UHGV virus genome: UHGV-0383559
DNA from: a virus
Reading direction: 5' to 3' (one strand)
DNA: 40,238 nucleotides
The translations under genes were made by a program, and so were the position numbers. Numbering within the stretch: the stretch's first letter is position 1; each line of letters opens with the position of its first letter. The notes under the pieces are model-generated. The model was not told the origin of the DNA and ran no database searches. It was given only the letters and a program-made list of their open reading frames with translations. Positions 34,686 through 40,238 of the stretch are shown here, in pieces.

Positions 34686-34898
34686 ATGCCAAAAAGAAGA
34701 ACTGTACCAATCGAGCAGGGAAATGTGGTACTAACGGTAGTCAAGAACGGCGCAAAGGTGTATTTCTGTGACGATTGCTGCCGGGATAAGACAGAGGAAG
34801 AGGTGCAAGAAATCTTGCAGAGGACAGCCGACGAGTTATTACCCAGGCTGAGAGCCGAGCACGAACGCAGGCTGAGAGCTGGGAAAGCCACAAAATAA
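34686..34898 (+). CDS. Hypothetical small protein with CxxC pair (DDCCRDK)
   Basis: ATG at 34686 follows AAGGAGGTGG. ORF-track 34677 is an upstream GTG extension. Confidence 0.5.
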   Translation: MPKRRTVPIEQGNVVLTVVKNGAKVYFCDDCCRDKTEEEVQEILQRTADELLPRLRAEHERRLRAGKATK

Positions 34899-34945
34899 CA
34901 GGTCCGCCGCAAGGCGGAGCCGGTGGACAAGCTAAGGAGGAGAAT

Positions 34946-35392
34946 ATGAAAAGCGCATGGTTGACAGAGCAGGCCAACGACCTGCGAACCAAAGGAAAGC
35001 ACGCGGTAATCGCAGAAATGACCGAAAAACAGAACGTAAACCTGAATCTGCTGGCCTATAAGGCCGGATACAGTAACCCCAAGGAAATGCTGGAGACAAT
35101 GATCGGCGATCTCACTGGCTGGGGAGAGACAAGCCCCTGCCCGGAGTCTATGCGTAAGTGGTACGAGGAGGCCCACCAGAAAACGCTGGAAACGTATTAT
35201 TTCCGCTTCTATCTGTACAACTATGATTATACGGTAGAACATCTGCATGAGATGCTCGCCGATATGAATATTTTCACTACAGAATATCAGGGATATTGCG
35301 ATATTTGCGCAGACGAGGAGCGCGAAGAAGAACCCTGGGAGCGCTGCCTGGAGGTTACCAAGGAAATCTGCGAGGTGGGAGGGTACGAATAA
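34946..35392 (+). CDS. Hypothetical early protein (148 aa)
   Basis: Strong RBS CTAAGGAGGAGAAT precedes the ATG. Confidence 0.55.
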   Translation: MKSAWLTEQANDLRTKGKHAVIAEMTEKQNVNLNLLAYKAGYSNPKEMLETMIGDLTGWGETSPCPESMRKWYEEAHQKTLETYYFRFYLYNYDYTVEHLHEMLADMNIFTTEYQGYCDICADEEREEEPWERCLEVTKEICEVGGYE

Positions 35393-35535
35393 TGAGATCA
35401 GCGAAATTCTGGCGCAAGCAGTTTTACACGGCATGGCATGACGCAGAATTATGGAAATGTTGGACTGTTGGCCTGGCCCTGCTCAACCTGTTCTTGTCGG
35501 CCACAATCATCTATCTGCTGTATTTTGGGAGGTAA
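35392..35535 (+). CDS. Small hydrophobic protein (47 aa)
   Basis: ATG at 35392 overlaps the previous stop (TAATG) after GAGGTGGGAGGG. The C-terminal half is hydrophobic (LALLNLFLSATIIYLLYF). Confidence 0.35.
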   Translation: MRSAKFWRKQFYTAWHDAELWKCWTVGLALLNLFLSATIIYLLYFGR

Positions 35536-35539
35536 CAGA

Positions 35540-35818
35540 ATGTACATAATTGGATATGAGCCAGATGATGGAATGATCCGGTATTACTCCGGGAAGGAAA
35601 AGGGGGAGGTCAGATTCGTGTGCGGAGTTAGAGCGACGAAATATGCTGTCAAGTATAAGACCTACACCGGAGCGATAAAGAGGCTGAATGAATTGAAAAC
35701 ATTACCGGGAGGCAAAAAGGCCAGATTGTTCATCCTGCCGGAGGAAGTCTATGTGGCATACGAAGAGTGGGCCGCTCGGAGAGCCAAACAATTAAGAAGG
35801 GAAGCTGGAATAGAGTGA
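35540..35818 (+). CDS. Hypothetical protein (92 aa)
   Basis: ATG at 35540 follows TTGGGAGGTAACAGA. This is the in-frame inner start of ORF-track 35438..35818. Confidence 0.5.
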   Translation: MYIIGYEPDDGMIRYYSGKEKGEVRFVCGVRATKYAVKYKTYTGAIKRLNELKTLPGGKKARLFILPEEVYVAYEEWAARRAKQLRREAGIE

Positions 35819-35991
35819 GAAGAGACTGGTATCGCTGCGAGGACTGCAAATGCTATCTGGACACAAGAGATAACGGCATATGCGACGAATGTCGCAAGAA
35901 ACGGGAGCAGAGAGAGGTACAGAAGATCAGACACAATCCGATCAAGGCCGAGAAAGATGGTCAGTACCGCATGAACCTGGCTTGTAAATAG
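35767..35991 (+). CDS. Small Cys-rich (CEDCKC...CDEC) zinc-finger-like protein; start uncertain (GTG at 35813 possible)
   Basis: ORF-track entry containing two CxxC pairs. It overlaps the end of the previous gene. Confidence 0.35.
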   Translation: MGRSESQTIKKGSWNRVRRDWYRCEDCKCYLDTRDNGICDECRKKREQREVQKIRHNPIKAEKDGQYRMNLACK

Positions 35992-36084
35992 GATGGCCCC
36001 AGCGATACGCGGAATATCACCAGGGCCGGAAGGCTAACTACAATTAATATACCCTATAACGCGGAAAAATTCAAGAGGAGAAAT

Positions 36085-36843
36085 ATGCGAATTATCAACA
36101 TAATCAACCTGAAAGGCGGCGTCGGCAAGACCACCACCGCCTTAGAAATGGGATACATATTACATCATAAGTACGGATACTCCGTGCTGCTGGTGGATAA
36201 CGATAAGCAGGGCAATCTCAGCAGGGGAATGGACCTGTACACAGACAGCGGCATATGCCCGACGGCCCGCCTACTGTCCGGGGAGCCGGTGCAAGACCTG
36301 ATCCACCGCGACGGCATTGACACCATAGCCGCTAATATGTCTCTGCTGACCGCCACCTACCGCCTGACCTCCGGGGCCGCAGCCAATGCAACGGGCCGGT
36401 ATCGGGGCCTGAGGAAAGCGCGGAACCAGGACGGGAAACCATACGACTACGTGATCATAGACAATCCCCCAGACCTGGGGATCAACGTGATCAACGCCTT
36501 GATGGTCACCGACGACGTGATCATCCCTACCAAGATAGACCAGTGGGCGCTCGAAGGGCTGGATATCATCGGGGACCAGATCGTGGAGATCAAGCAGGTT
36601 AACCCGAGAATCCGTCTTGCGGAGGCATTGGTGACCATGTACCGCAATACACCGGCCTGCGCTGCCGGATTAGACTGGCTCCATAAGCACAATTACGACG
36701 CTTTCGACACCGCGATCAGGTATAGCGAGAAGGCCGCAGAGTGCACCTTCTTCGGCAAGCCCCTCCAGGACTATAGCCCCAGGAGCGCAGCCGCCGTATC
36801 TTACCGCCGGTTCGTGGCGGAATATCTGAGGAGGACAAGCTGA
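36085..36843 (+). CDS. parA: ParA/Soj-family partition ATPase
   Basis: Deviant Walker A KGGVGKTT near the N-terminus, in a 252-aa protein. Confidence 0.9.
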   Translation: MRIINIINLKGGVGKTTTALEMGYILHHKYGYSVLLVDNDKQGNLSRGMDLYTDSGICPTARLLSGEPVQDLIHRDGIDTIAANMSLLTATYRLTSGAAANATGRYRGLRKARNQDGKPYDYVIIDNPPDLGINVINALMVTDDVIIPTKIDQWALEGLDIIGDQIVEIKQVNPRIRLAEALVTMYRNTPACAAGLDWLHKHNYDAFDTAIRYSEKAAECTFFGKPLQDYSPRSAAAVSYRRFVAEYLRRTS

Positions 36844-37154
36844 TGAAAGGTATCGTAACAGAATATAACGACAACTGCCTGTTTTGTGGACGTCCTACAG
36901 AGGCCCAGCATCACTTGGTCTATGGCAAGGGTGCCCGTACAATCGCTGAAAAGCACGGCCTGAAAATCCCCTGCTGCAATAACTGCCACAACATGGGCGA
37001 TCCCTTGGAGCGCATCCACGGAAACCCGATGGCCGAAATCATGTCAAAAGTCATCGGACAGCTGGCATACGAGAAACACGCCGTGGCCGCAGGCATGAGC
37101 GAGGCAGATGCCCGTGATTCCTTCCGGGCAGAATTTGGAGTCAGCTACTTATAG
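36843..37154 (+). CDS. HNH-endonuclease-like zinc-binding protein
   Basis: CLFCG...HHLVYG...CCNNCHN arrangement (CxxC, HH, N, CxxCH). Its start overlaps the parA stop. Confidence 0.55.
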   Translation: MKGIVTEYNDNCLFCGRPTEAQHHLVYGKGARTIAEKHGLKIPCCNNCHNMGDPLERIHGNPMAEIMSKVIGQLAYEKHAVAAGMSEADARDSFRAEFGVSYL

Positions 37155-37163
37155 GAGGCATAC

Positions 37164-38168
37164 ATGGGAAAGTGGTCTGTAATGGAACTGATCGGCATAT
37201 CTGCCGAGGACAAACAGGATTTTCAAGAAATCATGCTCTCACCTTATGAGGTGGAAGCATCGGAAAGCAATTTCTATTCTCAGGAAAACATCGAAGAGCT
37301 GGCGGACTCGATCCGCATGGTCGGCCAGCAGCAGCCGACGGTACTGGGCCGTGTGGATGGAGTCTATAAGATCATCAGCGGTCACCGCCGGAATCTGGCG
37401 AACATTCACAACATCGAAACCGGGGCATTCCCCTGGGACTATCAAGCAAAATATCTCTACAAGGACATGACCCCGGCCATGCTGGAGCTGTCCCTGATCG
37501 TCGGCAACGCCTTCAATCGTCGCCTGACCCCCTACGAGGAGACGGAACAGGCCGCGCGCCTGAAAGCTGCGCTGATCCGCGCCCGAGACGAGGATGGGCT
37601 GGAGATCACCGGGAAACTGCGAGACGTGGTAGCCGACATCCTCCAGACCAGCCGCACGAAGGTAGCGCGCATGGACAAGATCAACAACAGTCTGGAACCG
37701 GAGGCCCGTGAACAGTTCAAAGCTGGGAAACTGGGGAAATCTGCGGCCTATGAGACGGCGAAACTGCCGGAGGAAGAGCAGCGCCAGATCGCTGCCCAGG
37801 CCGCAGCCGGAAAAGCGGTCAAACACAAGGAGGTTGCGGAGAAGGTGGCCGAAAAGAAGGCTGAACAGGCCGCAGCCCGCGCCGAGAAAGCCGCCAAGAA
37901 AGCGGAAGCAGCTCAGACAGCCGCCGCCCAGGCAGGACTCCAGGCAGAGCGCGCAGCGGAAAGCGCCGACACCAGCGCAACACTGACATCTGCCCACATG
38001 AATCCGCCGGAACCTGCTGAACAGCAGGAATGGACTACCAGGGATTGGGCAATCTACCACCTCCGGGAGCTGATGGGCGTGGCAAGCTATATTACAGAGG
38101 ATGATCTGATCGTATTGCAGGACATTATAATGGCCGCGACAGGGAGGCGAGACAATGAACGATGCTAA
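37164..38168 (+). CDS. parB: ParB-like nuclease-domain partition/DNA-binding protein with Ala/Lys/Glu-rich C-terminal region
   Basis: ParB/Srx-like N-terminal domain (VLGRVDGVYKIISGHRRNLA), an HTH region, then an AAARAEKAAKKAEAAQTAAAQ low-complexity tail. It follows parA. Confidence 0.75.
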   Translation: MGKWSVMELIGISAEDKQDFQEIMLSPYEVEASESNFYSQENIEELADSIRMVGQQQPTVLGRVDGVYKIISGHRRNLANIHNIETGAFPWDYQAKYLYKDMTPAMLELSLIVGNAFNRRLTPYEETEQAARLKAALIRARDEDGLEITGKLRDVVADILQTSRTKVARMDKINNSLEPEAREQFKAGKLGKSAAYETAKLPEEEQRQIAAQAAAGKAVKHKEVAEKVAEKKAEQAAARAEKAAKKAEAAQTAAAQAGLQAERAAESADTSATLTSAHMNPPEPAEQQEWTTRDWAIYHLRELMGVASYITEDDLIVLQDIIMAATGRRDNERC

Positions 38169-38433
38169 ACTGCGGGGCGCAATTACTCCCCGCGAAATTT
38201 CACAACTGCGGGCCAGACTTAGAGTAGGCCAGAAGATTCCTTGCCGCATTGAAATTGCCTGTTTTGGGCGCGGCGAGCGCGAACGCTTCTTCGAGGAGGC
38301 AATCCGCAAGCTGCCGGTCAAGCGCAAGTATCGCCACATTGTGGAGGTATCCGGCATGGGGATATACAGGGACACCACCATATCATACGCGGAGCTTGCC
38401 CTTCTGCTGCGCGCAGAGGGGAGAAGAATATAG
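38155..38433 (+). CDS. Hypothetical protein (92 aa)
   Basis: ORF-track entry that overlaps the parB stop. Confidence 0.45.
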   Translation: MNDAKLRGAITPREISQLRARLRVGQKIPCRIEIACFGRGERERFFEEAIRKLPVKRKYRHIVEVSGMGIYRDTTISYAELALLLRAEGRRI

Positions 38434-38442
38434 GAGGCATGT

Positions 38443-38769
38443 ATGGGATTTGAAGTATTTGACCGCTACGAGTGTGACGGTCAAATGGAACTGACAGAGC
38501 CGCCGATGAAAAAGAGCGAGTTGCAAGCATACCTGAAAGGATTCCGCCGGGATGGAGAGGTAGCGGTGGTTGTAGTGGACTCACGGGGACGTAACCGCTA
38601 CCCCGTCCGCCGTACAATGTGTGTCACAGATATGGGTGATCCGGTAATCATCATCGATGTGGGGAACCCGGAAAATCTGGACACCGAAAACCTGGAGCAC
38701 ACGGACCTGTCAGACCAGATGCAGCTCGATCTATTGGGAGAGGAGGAACGGACCAATGGTAAGCATTAA
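38443..38769 (+). CDS. Hypothetical protein (108 aa)
   Basis: ORF-track entry. RBS GGAGGCATGT precedes the ATG. Confidence 0.5.
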   Translation: MGFEVFDRYECDGQMELTEPPMKKSELQAYLKGFRRDGEVAVVVVDSRGRNRYPVRRTMCVTDMGDPVIIIDVGNPENLDTENLEHTDLSDQMQLDLLGEEERTNGKH

Positions 38770-39016
38770 TATGGAAATGCCAGCTGCGTGCAGCAAATGC
38801 AGCCTGTACGAATCGGGAGGACACAACCAGAACGGGCCATATGATGGAGCCTGCTATCTTGCCAAGCGTTGCATGATGGGACATAAGGTAACCCAGGGTA
38901 GGCCATTATGGTGCCCGCTAAAGCCAGCGGAGGGAGTGCCGGATACAATGGATCGCTGCTACCTGGGAAGCCCGTGCAGGTTTCAGACGCCAGTATTTAA
39001 TAATTCACGGATTTAA
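38756..39016 (+). CDS. Small Cys-rich protein (86 aa)
   Basis: ATG at 38756 follows GGGAGAGGAGG. The sequence CSKCS...C...C...C is cysteine-rich. This is the in-frame inner start of ORF-track 38657..39016. Confidence 0.45.
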   Translation: MVSINMEMPAACSKCSLYESGGHNQNGPYDGACYLAKRCMMGHKVTQGRPLWCPLKPAEGVPDTMDRCYLGSPCRFQTPVFNNSRI

Positions 39017-39032
39017 CCGAGGAAGGAGCATA

Positions 39033-39365
39033 ATGGATAGATTAACAGAATCGTGCGGCCCGAACCATTTCCGGGTCTGTGGCAATAAGACGGTATACAA
39101 TCGTAAGCCGCCAAAGAGCAGCCGGGTGTCCTATGCGCTGGCAAAGCTTTTTCAGCTTGAAGAGGATCAAGAACCTCAATCTGTCAGATGGATTCCGGTG
39201 GAGGAACAGTTACCGGAAATAGGAGAGCCGGTATTGATCACATTGTGGAACGGGTGTGTGGATATTGGAACTTGGTACGGCCATAGATGGGGTACAGCAT
39301 TATATTACAGCGAGGATGTGCTGGCTTGGATGCCAAAACCGGAGAATTACCGGCCAGCAGATTGA
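39033..39365 (+). CDS. Hypothetical protein, DUF551-like
   Basis: RBS GAGGAAGGAGCATA. WIPVEEQLPEIGEPVLI...W motif resembles the DUF551 phage domain. Confidence 0.5.
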   Translation: MDRLTESCGPNHFRVCGNKTVYNRKPPKSSRVSYALAKLFQLEEDQEPQSVRWIPVEEQLPEIGEPVLITLWNGCVDIGTWYGHRWGTALYYSEDVLAWMPKPENYRPAD

Positions 39366-39426
39366 TTGGGAAAATCGTTATTTACAAAATCATATCAAAA
39401 TGTAAATCAGAAGGGGGAGAGGCAGC

Positions 39427-39678
39427 ATGACGGTGAAAGAATACGCCAATAAAATGGGCCTGACGGTCAACAGACTGTGCGAGGTAACCGGCATGAGTCG
39501 GCAGGGATTGCACAATATCCTGGTAAAAGGCCAGAGGGCTGATAACGATTATAAGCGGCGCAGGGCAGTTAATAAGCTGCTGAAGGCAATCAACGAGGAC
39601 GCGGACAGAAAGGCGAAAGCCGCAGAGCGTGAGCATACAGAGCGAGTAAAACTGCTTGATATGTTCTATAACAACTAG
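39427..39678 (+). CDS. Small HTH DNA-binding protein
   Basis: YANKMGLTVNRLCEVTGMSRQGLHNIL helix-turn-helix. RBS AAGGGGGAGAGG. Confidence 0.6.
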   Translation: MTVKEYANKMGLTVNRLCEVTGMSRQGLHNILVKGQRADNDYKRRRAVNKLLKAINEDADRKAKAAEREHTERVKLLDMFYNN

Positions 39679-39709
39679 ACTAAATCGTTATTTTCAGGAG
39701 GAAGGAAAT

Positions 39710-40222
39710 ATGAAAGCAATAACAATTTGGCAGCCATGGGCGTCCCTCATTGCCTGTGGCGTGAAAAAGTATGAGACACGGAGCTGGAAAACGAAGTATA
39801 GGGGGCCGATAGCAATACATGCGGCGTTGAAACCTTTCGTGAACTGCTGGTCCTGGTCCACAACTGCAAGAGCCAGAGAAGTAATCTTGCGGAGAATGGG
39901 GCTGACAGAAGATTTTGAACCTGAGAAATATTTTCCAGCAGGATGTATTCTTGCCACGGCAGAACTTGTGAATGTCTGGCATATTGTACACCATCCAGGA
40001 ACTGACATTGATGTGGCGAGAAGTATTCATATTGGAGCCGAGAGTCTGACAGACGATAAACATGCGCCGGATTTTGGAAATTTCATTGTGCCTACGAATG
40101 ATGAAATGGCTATTGGAGATTGGACGCCAGGGCGCTATGCGTGGGAACTGGATAATATAGAACTGCTTCCACTGCCAATTCCGGCAAGGGGGCGGCAGGG
40201 ACTATGGAATTGGGAAAATTAA
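39710..40222 (+). CDS. ASCH-domain protein
   Basis: ATG at 39710 follows CAGGAGGAAGG. ITIWQPWASLIACGVKKYETRSW is the ASCH signature. ORF-track 39656 is an upstream extension. Confidence 0.8.
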   Translation: MKAITIWQPWASLIACGVKKYETRSWKTKYRGPIAIHAALKPFVNCWSWSTTARAREVILRRMGLTEDFEPEKYFPAGCILATAELVNVWHIVHHPGTDIDVARSIHIGAESLTDDKHAPDFGNFIVPTNDEMAIGDWTPGRYAWELDNIELLPLPIPARGRQGLWNWEN

Positions 40223-40238
40223 CATTTGTGGCATTGGC

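Noticed and set aside
1-40238. CRISPR arrays, tRNA or rRNA genes
   Set aside because: No regularly spaced short direct repeats with unique spacers were seen. No cloverleaf-like tRNA candidates or rRNA-like conserved stretches were recognised by eye. A tRNAscan/Infernal run would be needed to exclude tRNAs formally.

Overview
The window reads as a nearly complete temperate phage genome from a Firmicutes (Clostridia-like) host. The genome appears circularly permuted. No clearly host-derived genes are visible.

Gene order, left to right:
- 1-3.4 kb: small early genes, a tyrosine recombinase and an HUH rolling-circle Rep.
- 3.5-12.4 kb: a + strand late operon of terS, terL, portal, Prp protease, scaffold, major capsid and a tail-fibre-like gene, with a convergent start-less fibre C-terminal cassette on the minus strand.
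- 12.45-13.9 kb: a lysis cassette of XkdX, holin and an NlpC/P60 endolysin.
- 14-28.9 kb: a second late unit with a 521-aa structural protein, two paralogous fibres with self-cleaving S74 chaperone domains, a Y/Q/N-rich protein and a 3211-aa giant protein.
- 28.9-29.0 kb: a terminator and a perfect 19-bp inverted repeat (attP candidate).
- 29.0-32.6 kb: a minus-strand lysogeny module of large serine integrase, J-domain membrane protein, small membrane protein and XRE repressor.
- 32.7-40.2 kb: a consensus sigma-A promoter driving + strand early genes (ParA, HNH-like, ParB-like, HTH, ASCH), with one antisense Zn-ribbon moron gene.

The most notable signals:
- A roughly 55-nt nucleotide element conserved three times; two copies sit after intrinsic terminators directly ahead of late gene blocks.
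- Prp-type cleavage motifs (VNLRLF) on both scaffold and capsid.
- An in-frame inverted-repeat arrangement suggesting an invertible tail-fibre C-terminus.
- A giant HExxH-containing virion protein of the polyvalent type, with an AT-rich inserted module.
- A J-domain membrane protein in the integrase-repressor moron slot.
- Plasmid-like features (ParA/ParB, Rep, two recombinases) in a phage that also carries a serine integrase.

No tail tube, sheath or tape-measure genes are present, which suggests a short-tailed (podovirus-like) virion. No CRISPR, tRNA or rRNA was recognised.
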